Assembly: GCA_963713605.1 (NCBI GenBank) | Contig: CAVQMO010000010.1 | Location: 384,001 to 448,000, forward strand | Length of the DNA: 64,000 nucleotides | Direction of reading: 5' to 3' | DNA from: an uncultured Nitrososphaerales archaeon | GTDB lineage: Archaea > Thermoproteota > Nitrososphaeria > Nitrososphaerales > Nitrososphaeraceae | Shown here: positions 11,567 through 22,703 of the stretch, one piece after another | Layout of the letters: each line of letters opens with the position of its first letter | Position numbering within the stretch: the stretch's first letter is position 1 | The notes under the pieces: model-generated | Told to the model about the DNA's origin: nothing | Databases searched by the model: none | Seen by the model: only the letters and a program-made list of their open reading frames with translations | Translations under genes and position numbers: made by a program

Positions 11567-11953
11567 ATGATAGGTAGAATGAAAAATATGAAGGTATTAG
11601 TAGTAGATGATGATCCCGATATTACTTCACTATACAAAGATGCCTTGGAAGGCGAAGGGGGATTTAATGTAGATACTTATAATGATCCTGACCAAGCGTT
11701 ATCAGATTTCAAACCACACTATTACGATATTTCATTATTAGATGTAAGAATGCCAAGTATGGACGGTTTTGATCTATATAAAGAACTAAAAAAGTTAGAT
11801 CCCGTCCTCAAAGTCTGCTTTATTACAGGGTTTGAGGTAAACTATAAAGCGTTGCAGGAAATATTTCCTGGGATTGCTCAAGAATGCTATATCTCAAAGC
11901 CAACAACTATGAAAGAATTAAAGGAACATGTAGATCATTTATTGCAGGAATGA
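11567..11953 (+). CDS. Single-domain response regulator (receiver)
   Basis: VLVVDDD, LLDVRMP.MDG, FITG, YISKP. Confidence 0.93.
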   Translation: MIGRMKNMKVLVVDDDPDITSLYKDALEGEGGFNVDTYNDPDQALSDFKPHYYDISLLDVRMPSMDGFDLYKELKKLDPVLKVCFITGFEVNYKALQEIFPGIAQECYISKPTTMKELKEHVDHLLQE

Positions 11954-12475
11954 CAGTTATAGAATAGGTATGATCTCCTTGCTCCAACTCACCTGGTTAG
12001 AAGAACTCTTATCTTAAATTTCCGTTCTAGTTTTACCATCAGACTCTTTACAGCAAGTGTCATTATGTTTCATGCGTTAATTGAATTTTAAATTGTAATA
12101 ATGTATTAAAGTCGGATGCCCACCAAGGATCAGAAATTGGAAGCCCACCAAGAACAGTCAGACGTTCAGATAACTTTGATGAGTATCTAAATCTAGCCTA
12201 TGAGGAATTTGCTTAAGAGCGTATTTTCTACACGAGAAGGCATATTAGAACAAGGAGTGTAGCCGTCAATGACCAGACCTCAGTTAACGTCATAATTTCT
12301 CCTTACATTTTTATAGATTATTGTCTATATATCAGTCGAGCAATGATAGTAGGCCATGGATATATCCTGGTATTATTTCGGCTGGCGTAATTAGACGAAG
12401 ATTATGTAAATATGAAAAGTAGCGTACGACGTAATGATACCCTTTTCTAGTATAGTGCCCATATTTAATTAAATT

Positions 12476-12886
12476 ATGTCGTCAAAAAGTGGAGGAGGTC
12501 CTACCGTGCTATGGAGTATGCTTAAAGGTAAAGAAGTAATGACTAACGACGGGAAAAGTCTGGGTGAAATCAAGGAGTTTTCACAGGACTATGTACGGGT
12601 TGAAAAAGGAACAGTAAAAAAAGATAGAATCTGGATTCCCAAAGATGTCGCAGACGCCTTTGACGGTAAAAAGCTATGGCTGCTTATAAGTGAACAAGAA
12701 GCTCGAGAAAAATATCAACATGGAGAGAAAGAGGAGGAATTTAAAGAAGTGTCATCGTCAACTGATCAAGATGCTGAAGGCTTGGAAACGTCCAATGGTT
12801 CTCGAGCAGAAAAGAATAAAGAGCATGATCTTGAAGAAAGCATTCGACTCGTGGAGAATTATGAGAATATCAGGGATTATAAATGA
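12476..12886 (+). CDS. PRC-barrel/DUF2171-like protein
   Basis: KGKEVMTNDGKSLGEI...WIPK...AFDG motif; paralogue of 20987-21424. Confidence 0.7.
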   Translation: MSSKSGGGPTVLWSMLKGKEVMTNDGKSLGEIKEFSQDYVRVEKGTVKKDRIWIPKDVADAFDGKKLWLLISEQEAREKYQHGEKEEEFKEVSSSTDQDAEGLETSNGSRAEKNKEHDLEESIRLVENYENIRDYK

Positions 12887-13184
12887 TAATGCATAACTGA
12901 TTTAGATGCAATCTACTGATGACCTCTGAAGCGCGTTTCCGATTTGCGCGAATTGGTAACGACTTAATCTACATTCTCACCATTGGAACATTCACCTTCA
13001 TAAGTGTAAACAGTCCGCTACATACATGCGGATGCTATTGCTGTGCTTAGGCTTAATTGGAAAACACAAAACAGACTTTTAGTCTAATTCCAAGAGGGTC
13101 TTTTTTAATACTCAGGCTTGGTCTGGATAATCGCTTCAGCACACAGGACATTCTGTTTTTATAGTTTGTACTCTCAATAAACAT

Positions 13185-13700
13185 ATGGGAAAATCAATAG
13201 GTACAGAAACTCATCTTTGTATGGTGTGCATCGCCCTCACGGCAGCAATAATTGTATCGTTAGGCTACAGCAATAGCATTCAACCAGTCGAAAATGTTTT
13301 AGCACAAACACAGGAGCAGAACCAGAGCAGTCAGTTACAGGGCGCAAACGTGACCGGGGACCTTACTGAAGCAACAGGGGGCAATGTGTTTGGAGGACAA
13401 GCTATGGGAGATATAGCAATCAACTCAGACGGCCATCAAATAGATATCAATGGGCAAATAAGTGCAACTCCTGGTGAAGGGAATGTTTTTGAAGCTTGGC
13501 TTGAAGATGCTGGAGGATCAGGCTATAAATTAAGTTTAGGTCAGGTATTGGAGAATGGGACAATTCAAGTTAGTCAGCACATGGTTAATCCATTTACCTA
13601 CACGATATTCTATATAACAGAAGAACCAGAAAATGATGCCGATCCTAACCCAGCTGACGCTAAAGCAGGGATAGAACTAGAAGCTCCATTTGGACAATAG
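13185..13700 (+). CDS. Exported protein with RskA-C-like (anti-sigma-K type) domain
   Basis: N-terminal hydrophobic helix; FEAWL...LSLG...ITEEP..D.DPNP pattern; paralogue at 17565. Confidence 0.65.
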   Translation: MGKSIGTETHLCMVCIALTAAIIVSLGYSNSIQPVENVLAQTQEQNQSSQLQGANVTGDLTEATGGNVFGGQAMGDIAINSDGHQIDINGQISATPGEGNVFEAWLEDAGGSGYKLSLGQVLENGTIQVSQHMVNPFTYTIFYITEEPENDADPNPADAKAGIELEAPFGQ

Positions 13701-13706
13701 TTAAGT

Positions 13707-13718
13707 CCTTCTTTTTTT
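13707..13718 (+). terminator. Oligo-T archaeal terminator
   Basis: CCTTCTTTTTTT just after the stop codon; the same motif follows the paralogue at about 18029-18041. Confidence 0.55.
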
Positions 13719-14540
13719 GTATTGGTTCTCTACAAGACTACTTAGATGCCAGGACTCGCAGTCCAGAAATGTCAAATAGAAAAGGATCAAATAAAGTCAA
13801 TTAAGCATCAGAAAAATACTGAAACAGAGAAATTGGAAGAAAGAGTATGGCTGTGATTGCCTAGTCGGACCACTCTAGTACTTATTTTTAAGCATTGTCA
13901 TGAGTATCGTATTGTCTAGTGTGAAATACGTTAAAGACTAAATTATGGAAGAGGAAGGACAATAGGCCATAAATATCATAATGCCACCGTCAGAAATTAG
14001 ACAATCCCCTGACTGAAGACGCAAAACGAGTAAAAAGATCCGTACTGACTAAGAATAACTGTCAAAGGACTTGAGATCACTAAAGGCCATTTAAGAGATG
14101 TTAAACATATTAAATTCAGATGATAGACCCAGCAAAAAATAAAGAATGCAGCTCAGGATGCTGAAGCAAAAATCCAGACTTCTAAGGACCATGCGGAAGG
14201 AAAACCTAGTTCCGAAAAACTCAAAAAGGCAAAGGTCAAAGTAAGATATGCTCTAACATAGAACCTATCATAATTTTTTTCCTTAACGAATTGCAGCTTA
14301 CATCCTAGTCTACTAGAGTCATCTGGCCGGCTTTCGTTTATAGCGCAGCGCGAGAACATAGTCGAATTGATGCTAGATCTGCAGTATTTGTGACATAAAC
14401 AGGATAGAGTACTTTATAATATACATAAAAGTAGTTTTTTAAAAAGATATGATTGAATTGCTTTAGTGGTTGAACCGGGATATGTACTATTCATAAATAA
14501 CTTTACTAGCGAGATGGGAACATAAGAACACGTTCGAAAT

Positions 14541-14700
14541 GGTCGACATTACCCTTGTTCTAAAGAACTGGTAAGTGGCCGACTCCCTTAATTTGAGGTC
14601 TTAGGTACGGCTAAGGATCACGCCATACTAAGATAAGGTGGTGTGGAGCAAATCACGAAAAGAGGAGTCCGGAGTGGTGTTTTATTTTCTCCGGTCATTT
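14541..14700 (+). ncRNA. Candidate structured RNA of unknown family
   Basis: A long hairpin, a multi-stem junction and a terminal hairpin followed by a T-run. G-U pairs favour the plus strand. Confidence 0.4.
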
Positions 14701-14889
14701 TTAAGTGCATTTTGAGCATATTCCCTCATCCGATCTAATGGAACAAAGCTTTCCAGTTGAGTTGAAATGAGAATGAGAATAGATGATCCCGCACTTCTCA
14801 CATCTGTGAAGGTGAGTGCTTTCGCGAAATATTTCGGAATTTTTTAACTGTTTATCTACAACTATCCAAAGGTCGTCGCTGTCACTCAT
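14701..14889 (-). CDS. Small Zn-ribbon protein
   Basis: CEKCG...CSKC in 62 aa. Confidence 0.55.
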   Translation of the reverse strand: MSDSDDLWIVVDKQLKNSEIFRESTHLHRCEKCGIIYSHSHFNSTGKLCSIRSDEGICSKCT

Positions 14890-15094
14890 TTTACATCTTT
14901 CCACAAATATCAATCACAATGCACCGTTCCATATAAAAAGTCACTGATTTGGAGAGATTTTAGACAGGCAATAAGATAATCGAAAAAACCGATTTACAAC
15001 AGCATTGATTCGAAACGTACGATTTGCTTTTGATTTATTGACCCGTGAAGTATTGAATGAAAAATGTATAGTTCACTTCAGCTCAGAATGGGAT

Positions 15095-16103
15095 CTAATT
15101 CATTCTTTTGCGGGATTTCGAATAATTTACCTCTGGAAATATTTTTAGAATGTCTGCAAGTCTCTTTCTTAGTGTCACTATACTTATGTCTCCAGCTGCT
15201 TCCTATTTTTGATTGATTGATGTCTGCCTCTTGCCTTTTTAAACAACAAGCGTACAACACAGCCGTAGCTACTGCCTTAGGATCTTTTCCGTGGCAAATC
15301 GTATTCTTTTTTGCTATACTCAACATATTTACTGCTTCCCTATAAGTCGGTTGACTAATCTGTGCATTGGTTGCTATTTTGGAAATGTACGATGTAGCAT
15401 CGACTACAGCAGGGCTAATCCTCAATTTCCTAGACATTATTCTGTAGCATCTACCTGAGAAAATGGGCTCCGCATTTCCGGCGTAAGATACCTCTTGCAA
15501 CGTTCTTGGAATGCTCATTTCTTTACATGCGGCATAGATACTTGCTACAACCATTTCCTTTATTGCTCTTCCTTTGATCAAATTGCTATCAAAAGCTTTT
15601 CGATAATAATATGCAGCTCTTTCTATTACGGGATTGGTCAGCCCCAACTTGTCGCTAACTGTCGACATTATTGCAAATGCACTCTTAAAATTTCTCAGAT
15701 GATTCTTGTTATTACCACAAATTTTGTCCAAGTATCTAATCTTGTTGCTTGTTGTAATCTGTTCTTGATTTAGGACGGTACCATTCGCATCAGTATTTGA
15801 ATAAGTTATGATGGTTGACAGACCCTTGTCAGGGAAGACAAGTGATGATGGCATGCCCGATCTATTTTTCGCGTTTATATCACCTGTTGGCATTTCCTGC
15901 CTATCCAAAACAACCGTACCGCAGGTCGTACAGATTATTTCAGCAGTTAATCCATCGAAAATTGTCGCGCCACTTTTGCATGATGGACATATGCGAGAAT
16001 TGGTAATAACCTCAAGAGCATTTTGCCGTTCTCTATCTTGAACAGCGTCAACGGGATATTCATATAGAATATATTTCCCATGTTGTATAGATTGTTTATT
16101 CAT
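15095..16103 (-). CDS. tfb: TFB paralogue; +1 frame break near the C-terminus
   Basis: CPSC...EIICTTCG, DKGLST, KGRAI, PRTL, GKDP. Removing one base near 15200 restores AAGDISIVTLRKR. Confidence 0.92.
15928..16042. repeat. 115-bp direct repeat, copy 1 (within tfb)
   Basis: Identical by eye to 16840-16954. Confidence 0.92.
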
Positions 16104-16240
16104 TGCATCAATTTAGCTCATCTTTTATAAAAAACGTTTGTGTTTTGTGTAATTTAATGAATCAAATACGTTAAATAACTCGGGTGTAATTAAACAAGTA
16201 CAATGTATTCCCCAGAAATGGATACGTAGGTGACCCTTTC

Positions 16241-16817
16241 ATGAAGACAACTACCAAAAGACGAAAATCCACTACCGAAGGTGTAACCTTCCGACTTCCC
16301 TCCGATAACCTGGAGCAACTATGCAAGGAAGCTGATACAAGGCAGATTAGCGTTAATACACTTGTAAACCAAATCATTAACGAACACCTTGATTGGCATC
16401 TCTACGCTCCTCAAGCTAAACTATACTATGTACCAAAACCGTTCATATCGAGAGTTCTTGAAAAGTTTACAGAACAACAATTAGTCGGTTTAGCGGAGGC
16501 GAGCGCAAAGAAGGATTTTGAGGATATTGGCTTACTATTGCGGGGAGAATTTACGAATCTCTTCCTTCCTAAGTATCTTGGAAAACTGGTCTAGAATTTC
16601 AGACATACCTTACAGGACCGAAGAGAGTGAAACTACCAAAAAGATCATAATTGAGCATAATATGGGGTCAAAGTACTCGTATTTATTCAAAGAGATTTAT
16701 AGGCGTTTGTTGGAAAACTCATTTGAAACAAAGACGCAGTTCGATACTACTGATAACACGATAGTTCTAACACTCGACAAAGAAGCACGTCCCTTAGAAA
16801 AAGAGACTGAATGCTAA
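16241..16817 (+). CDS. Ribbon-helix-helix regulator with thaumarchaeal C-terminal domain; +1 frame break
   Basis: VTFRL...L..EA....SVNTLVNQII RHH motif; continues in the next frame (SFLSILENW...IIEHNMG.KYS). Confidence 0.75.
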
Positions 16818-16839
16818 ACATCTCAAGTGAAGCTGCCAA

Positions 16840-16954
16840 GTACAGATTATTTCAGCAGTTAATCCATCGAAAATTGTCGCGCCACTTTTGCATGATGGAC
16901 ATATGCGAGAATTGGTAATAACCTCAAGAGCATTTTGCCGTTCTCTATCTTGAA
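16840..16954. repeat. 115-bp direct repeat, copy 2 (orphan TFB Zn-ribbon fragment)
   Basis: Encodes QDRERQNALEVITNSRICPSCKSGATIFDGLTAEIICT on the minus strand. Confidence 0.92.
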
Positions 16955-17201
16955 TTTCCATATGTAGTGAAATGAGCAATTGAATTAACTATCTATTATA
17001 GTTGAGAAATAGTTTGTTCCAACCATTTACAACTGGGTCAATATTGGGAATACGAATGATCACTGCCGGTACGAGAATACAATTGAAAGCCCCTCCTGTG
17101 TACTGTATAGTGGCTGCACGATTACAATAAAATTAGGTCTTGGTTGAAAATAAAAAAATTTAACTTGCCGTGAATGTTACTATACGTCAACCACTATTGA
17201 T

Positions 17202-17459
17202 TTAGTCGATTTTTTCCTTAACTTTCTCTTTTTCGTATTCTGTTCCTAAATCCCTATCGGTATCTGTTACTTTATTGAAAACAGCCTTTGCTCCTGCTTT
17301 TACTTTGTCTTTAGCATCTTTCGCCCCTTCCTTCACTTCATGTCCGACATCTTTCGCCCCTTCCTTCACGTCATGCCCGGCATCCTCAACGTCATCTTCA
17401 ACATCATCTTTCGTATCGACCTCATATCTTGTTTCTTTTTTTACTTCAAATTCGCCCAT
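17202..17459 (-). CDS. LEA-like hydrophilin with 11-aa repeats
   Basis: GHDVKEGAKDV/GHEVKEGAKDA repeats (33-bp period, copies at 17315 and 17348); highly charged. Confidence 0.75.
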   Translation of the reverse strand: MGEFEVKKETRYEVDTKDDVEDDVEDAGHDVKEGAKDVGHEVKEGAKDAKDKVKAGAKAVFNKVTDTDRDLGTEYEKEKVKEKID

Positions 17460-17564
17460 TGTATCTTCACAAATTTATACTCAACATTCTATTTATAGCT
17501 TGTAAAATTTGGGGCTTACTTATCTATCCGGTCAACTATTTCTAACAAATTGTGATAAGCTCTA

Positions 17565-18020
17565 ATGGTAGCGATAGTAAAATCATTATCGAGTGGAATG
17601 GAGTCAAAAATAGCCCAAAATGTAGTCGCTCAGAACGATTCTGCTGATAGTGCTCAATTACAGACAGCAAACGTGACCGGAGAACTTACAAAGCCAGTTG
17701 GAGGGAATCCATACAGCGGCGAGAAAATCGGGGATATCGCAATATCTTCAGATGGACATCAAACCAACATCAAGGGGTTAGTCAGCGCATCCCCTGGAGA
17801 GGGAAAGGTTTATGAAGCCTGGCTTCAAGACGCCGGTGGTTCAGAATACAAACTTAGCTTAGGACAGCTCTCCGAAAACAGAACAATAAATGTCAGCCAA
17901 CATATGGTCAATCCATTTACATACACATTATTCTTCGTAACAGAAGAACCACGGGATGATGTGGACCCCAATTCAGCTGATGCCATAGGAGTTCAATTAA
18001 AAGCTCCATTCGGACAATAA
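17565..18020 (+). CDS. RskA-C-like domain protein, paralogue of 13185-13700
   Basis: YEAWLQDAGGSEYKLSLGQ...QHMVNPFTY...APFGQ; lacks a clear signal helix. Confidence 0.65.
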   Translation: MVAIVKSLSSGMESKIAQNVVAQNDSADSAQLQTANVTGELTKPVGGNPYSGEKIGDIAISSDGHQTNIKGLVSASPGEGKVYEAWLQDAGGSEYKLSLGQLSENRTINVSQHMVNPFTYTLFFVTEEPRDDVDPNSADAIGVQLKAPFGQ

Positions 18021-18138
18021 CAGAACTTCCTTCTTTTTTTTGCCCAATGATATTTACTACTTTAATTAGGAACTATATTGAATTAATGGATGCCGTGATT
18101 GATCCATCTCACTAAGGACCAAATTTATTCAAATTTAT

Positions 18139-19974
18139 TCAAAAGAGGGAAAATTTGCTTTCTCCTTTTGCCTCGGGATAGGGTGGGGGAAGATTCATCT
18201 CCTCGAAGTTATAATAGTAGAGATGACCTATAATGTTATCCCCATGTGAAACGCTGGAACCATTGTGATCTGCTATCTTCTTCCAAATGTCGAATCCATT
18301 ATCAAAATCCTCAAAGTTTGAACAATTATCATACGGTGAAGATTCAACCTTTCGTCGTGGTGGCGATAACTCCTTTTTTACTTTGAGGCGGTTCGCCAAA
18401 TGTTTGGTCAAATTTTCAGTCATTTCAAGTGATCCGGTATGCTCGCACCAAAGTCGTTTCCTCAGTTCCTTAGCAAGTAAACTTGAAGTGATTCCAACAT
18501 TAACCTCCGTTGAATCTTTGAATCCATTTTTGTCTGTATTTGTCGATCCAATTGTAATCCATTTGTCATCCACTATCAAAAGCTTTGAATGCACGTAGAT
18601 TTGACGAAGTCTTTTGGTTTTCTTATCTTGACAAACTAGAGAGTAAGTTCCCACCCTTCTTCCCAAGTCTCCTGCCTTCCTTATTTGCTGTAAATGTTTA
18701 TTGACATCATTTACACTAGTCTTGGACAGTATGCTGCCTATCAAACCTGGGAGGTTCGGTTCCATCGGACCAACAATAATAACTTTGAGGTTTTTCTGTT
18801 CTCGCAGTCTTTTGCAAAGTATCCTTGTAATGAATCCATTCTGAAATGGAAACTGGTTTTCAATGTATATGGATTTCTTTGCTCTTCGAATGGTATTTGT
18901 GTACCAAGCCAAAACACCTCCATCCCTATCCGTTCCTTCCCAAGTACGTAATGCGACTATTTTAGTATCTCCTACGGTTGCCTCGAGTGGAAAATTAGCC
19001 GGCTTCAAATCCATAGCCCGGACCTTTTTTTCATCTTTGACTTCGCAGTATGCCCATCGTTGGTTGAAGTGATAGGCTAAATCCCACACGATTGGACCTT
19101 TCATCATGGCATGAATGTCATGCCATGGTTCGGAATCCCGGTCTCTACTTGGATTGTTATATTCGTGTTTACTAGTGTCCCATTTACCTCTGGATAAATC
19201 AAATCCTCCGCAAAATCCTATCTTATCATCGATTACAATTATTTTTTCATGGTGAGCAGAAGAGAGAGTGGGTGAAGTATTATCTATCTTGACAATTAGA
19301 TTCTGTTCTATTCCATATTTTATAGTCAATTTATTCAGTACCTCGACCTCTTCGGCTCTCCCATCTAATCCTCTTTCATCAGCTCCTGGCAATATGCGCA
19401 GTGGCAGCCGCGGCTGCCAAACAATAATTCTAATTAACGTCCCCTTCCTAGCCTTCTCAATTATCAGCTCTTGCAATCGTTTATAGGAATGTCTTACTTC
19501 AAGACCTTGCTTAGAAATTGTGATATCAGATACATGAGATTTAGGATTTTGGCGACTTTTTACAGAGCCAGAAATTAATGAAGGACTATCCTGATCTTCT
19601 TTTAGGGATTTCGAATCAATCACGATGCTCCCTTTGACAAAGCTAAGGGAATTTGAACTGGAGCCACGAGAAGGTCTGTTGAGACCAATACTAGTATTAT
19701 AGTGATCCATGTTACTCACACTATAGCCTCCCTCTCGAACAAAATTCAGAGAAGGATCAAGGTCATAGCCGGCTATGTAAATAGAACTCTTCACTTGAGA
19801 AATGGCATTGTAAATGAGTTTGAAAGTTTCCTCGCCGTCGACAGTGAAGACTATATGATTTCCGGATGTGATTTCTCCGAAACGCGTTCTCTTCGGAGCA
19901 GGTATATATCGCTTCAGCGCTCGACGTTGTGCCAGCAAGTGCATGTTATTAGTCATTTTCTTTCTCCTGAACAA
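18139..19974 (-). CDS. Phospholipase D family protein
   Basis: Two HKD motifs (HEKIIVID, HSKLLIVD), plus WHD and IYIENQF. Confidence 0.92.
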   Translation of the reverse strand: MFRRKKMTNNMHLLAQRRALKRYIPAPKRTRFGEITSGNHIVFTVDGEETFKLIYNAISQVKSSIYIAGYDLDPSLNFVREGGYSVSNMDHYNTSIGLNRPSRGSSSNSLSFVKGSIVIDSKSLKEDQDSPSLISGSVKSRQNPKSHVSDITISKQGLEVRHSYKRLQELIIEKARKGTLIRIIVWQPRLPLRILPGADERGLDGRAEEVEVLNKLTIKYGIEQNLIVKIDNTSPTLSSAHHEKIIVIDDKIGFCGGFDLSRGKWDTSKHEYNNPSRDRDSEPWHDIHAMMKGPIVWDLAYHFNQRWAYCEVKDEKKVRAMDLKPANFPLEATVGDTKIVALRTWEGTDRDGGVLAWYTNTIRRAKKSIYIENQFPFQNGFITRILCKRLREQKNLKVIIVGPMEPNLPGLIGSILSKTSVNDVNKHLQQIRKAGDLGRRVGTYSLVCQDKKTKRLRQIYVHSKLLIVDDKWITIGSTNTDKNGFKDSTEVNVGITSSLLAKELRKRLWCEHTGSLEMTENLTKHLANRLKVKKELSPPRRKVESSPYDNCSNFEDFDNGFDIWKKIADHNGSSVSHGDNIIGHLYYYNFEEMNLPPPYPEAKGESKFSLF

Positions 19975-20199
19975 TCCACCATCATGTCATGAGTTAGTTT
20001 TCTTGTCATCCTAGAATGCGACCAGATTTTAACGCTTATTCACCATTAAATATCATATTAGGTTTGGGCAGCCGCTCTCATTGATGCCAAGGCTATTTCA
20101 TATAGACATGAATCTGATTCGCATCAACAAAAAGCGAACGAATTAAAACAATATAACACGAGGAAAACAAAAAAAGATTATTGTGTTAGGATACTAAGA

Positions 20200-20613
20200 T
20201 TATTTGGCCTGCTCTCCCCCTTCATTAAAGAACTCTTGTACGCCTTTAAGGGCTTCTCCTGTCTTGTTTCCTATTGCTTGTAAACCCTCACCAGTTTTAT
20301 TTCCCGCAGTTTGTAACGCTTCACCAGTCTGGTTTCCCGCAGTCTGCATAGCTTCACCAGTCTGGTTTCCCGCAGTCTGCATAGCTTCACCAGTCTGGTT
20401 TCCCGCAGTCTGCATAGCTTCACCAGTCTGGTTTCCCGCAGTCTGCATAGCTTCACCAGTCTGGTTTCCCGCAGTCCGGTTTCCACCAGTCTGGTTTCCA
20501 GTCTGATTCGATCCTTGCGCGAACAATGCATCTGAAACGGACATAACAGAAAAGAGGCCCGAGAACAACACCAGCATGCCTATTGTACTATATTTCACTT
20601 TGCTTGAGACCAT
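20200..20613 (-). CDS. Secreted 11-aa repeat protein
   Basis: Signal peptide followed by tandem TAGNQTGEAMQ repeats, each with an N-x-T sequon. Confidence 0.8.
   Translation of the reverse strand: MVSSKVKYSTIGMLVLFSGLFSVMSVSDALFAQGSNQTGNQTGGNRTAGNQTGEAMQTAGNQTGEAMQTAGNQTGEAMQTAGNQTGEAMQTAGNQTGEALQTAGNKTGEGLQAIGNKTGEALKGVQEFFNEGGEQAK
20318..20476. repeat. 33-bp tandem repeat (about 5 exact units plus degenerate flanks)
   Basis: Unit GCTTCACCAGTCTGGTTTCCCGCAGTCTGCATA, with no spacers. Confidence 0.95.
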
Positions 20614-20986
20614 TTACGATCAATTATACAACTATTCCTGCTACGCTATAACCTTTTCTTTTATAAGTACTTCGTTACTATATTTTCTTGATTAATCTGA
20701 CAATATTTTTCCGAAGGCATGCAGAAGACAAGAAAACACATTCAAATTCTCATCATATATTGCACACTATTCTATCCTATCCATGCAACAACGTGGCCAC
20801 AACCCCTGAAACACTTTTTTCTTTAGGGTTAAGTGCATACATACATCATATATTTGAATAATTGAGCAATTTGAAATATAATACTCCAAGCTAATAATGA
20901 GATAATTGTAGGAATTTTTTGCTATCCTGTTTGCGTTTGCGGAAGAGAACGACCAACACCTCGAGTGTGTGATTTCTTTGTAGAAA

Positions 20987-21424
20987 TTATTTATAATCTC
21001 TTAAATTTTCATAATTTTCGACTACCCGTATATTTTCGTCTAGGTCTGACCTCGATTCTCGATCTTTTCCCGCGGGAGAACCCCGAAACTTTTCAAAGTC
21101 ATTTCTGTATTGCTCACCTGACGGTGCTTCCTTAGACTCTCCCTCCTTTTCTCCATATTTGAATCTCTCTAGAACTTCTTCCTCACTAAGTAAGAGCCAT
21201 AGTGTATGACCATCGAATGCGTCTGCTGCATATTTTGGGACCCAGTAGCTCTCTTTCTTTAGCGTCCCTTTTTCTACTCTTACATAGTTCTGAGAAAACT
21301 CATTAATCTCGCCTAGTTCCTTTCCGTCTTTTGTTTTTACTTTTTTTCCTTTGATGACATTCCATAGAACACTTGGACCCCCTCCACTGCTAGAGCTTGA
21401 AGACATCTTAGAACTATAGAACAT
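20987..21424 (-). CDS. PRC-barrel/DUF2171-like protein
   Basis: GKKVKTKDGKELGEI...WVPKY.ADAFDG; C-terminal IRVVENYENLRDYK shared with 12476. Confidence 0.7.
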   Translation of the reverse strand: MFYSSKMSSSSSSGGGPSVLWNVIKGKKVKTKDGKELGEINEFSQNYVRVEKGTLKKESYWVPKYAADAFDGHTLWLLLSEEEVLERFKYGEKEGESKEAPSGEQYRNDFEKFRGSPAGKDRESRSDLDENIRVVENYENLRDYK

Positions 21425-21523
21425 AATAGGACAAAAAGGTATACATTTAATGCATAAGTTTTAGGCAGTTTTTGTGCAAAGCGATATATCTTTTGTTGTA
21501 TAATAGCCAATTAGCAATCAGAA

Positions 21524-22580
21524 TTGGGAATTGAAGTTATTTCTTGGGATACAGTTATCGGTAAGAAAGTGAAATCGAGCGATGAAAAGGATTTGGGAAA
21601 AGTACACACCATTACCAAGGATCTTATACAGACAAAAGAAGGTTTGGTTTCAAAGAATTATTACTTTATACCCAAGTATTATGTACAGGGTTACGATGGT
21701 GAACATGTCTGGGTTTCTTTGACTGAAGATGAGGTCAAGGTAAAATTTGAAAGGGATAACGCACCGACTGATTTGAAGGGGTTCTTGCCCGAAGGATATG
21801 ACGAGAAACGAGCCTGCTAAAATTAAAGAATTTCCTGAATTTGAAAACCAGGTACCTTCATTTTCTCCTGTAGAAGGGAGTTCAGGTGCTACAACTACGT
21901 CCCAGAAAGAGAAACTTGTGATGCCTTGGGAGGATGTCATGGGTAAGAAGGTCAAGTCTATTGACGAACACGACATAGGTGAAATTAAGAGTGTATTCTC
22001 TTCATTCGTAGAAGTAGAAGACGGATTGGTTCGAAAGAATCGTTACTACATCCCCAAGTACTATATTGAAGGCTATGACAATGAAGACCATGTTATCACC
22101 TCTCTTACCAAGGAAGACATTAAAAAGAAGTATCAACGCGATGGTCCTCCACTAGAATCAGAGTTGGACACGCAAGAATATCTCGAGAGAAAGCAAGCTA
22201 AAGATGAAAGGCATCCCCAAGTCTTTGTAAATGGAATTCCATTTATGGCCAAAGAACCTGGTGTGTTACTGGAAAGCGCGAGAACCGGGCAGACTCTGAA
22301 TATCCCTTGGGAAGAGGTCATATTTAAAAGGGTAAAAACTTCAGATGAAGTGGATATAGGGGATATTGAGACGGTAGCGAATGAATACATAGTTGTAAGA
22401 GAAGGTGTCGGTAAAATTAGACGCTACTTTATACCGAAATCACAAATAAATAATTATGATGGGAGTGCGCTTTATGTAGACGTACCTAGCGGCTTAGTCA
22501 GTGCCAAGTTCGAACGAGAGTCTCCTCCAACACCAGAGGAAGTAAAAGCATTGTCTGAAGACAGACAAAACGTTACTTGA
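21524..22580 (+). CDS. Protein with three PRC-barrel/DUF2171-like repeats; +1 frame break
   Basis: Three copies of W..V..K.VK..D..D.G.....G.....Y.IPK.....YD; break near 21812. Confidence 0.75.
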
Positions 22581-22703
22581 AGTAATAAATAAATTCCAGT
22601 GCATTTAGAGCAGGTTCGATTTTTCCATCTCTTTTTTAAGGAGCTAACTAAACACTAGATAAGACAGCAGCATATGGGGTATAATAAATGGTAACGTTCT
22701 ACG

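Noticed and set aside
20318..20476. 33-bp repeats as a CRISPR array
   Set aside because: Head-to-tail units with no spacers, in frame within a coding sequence, and no cas genes.
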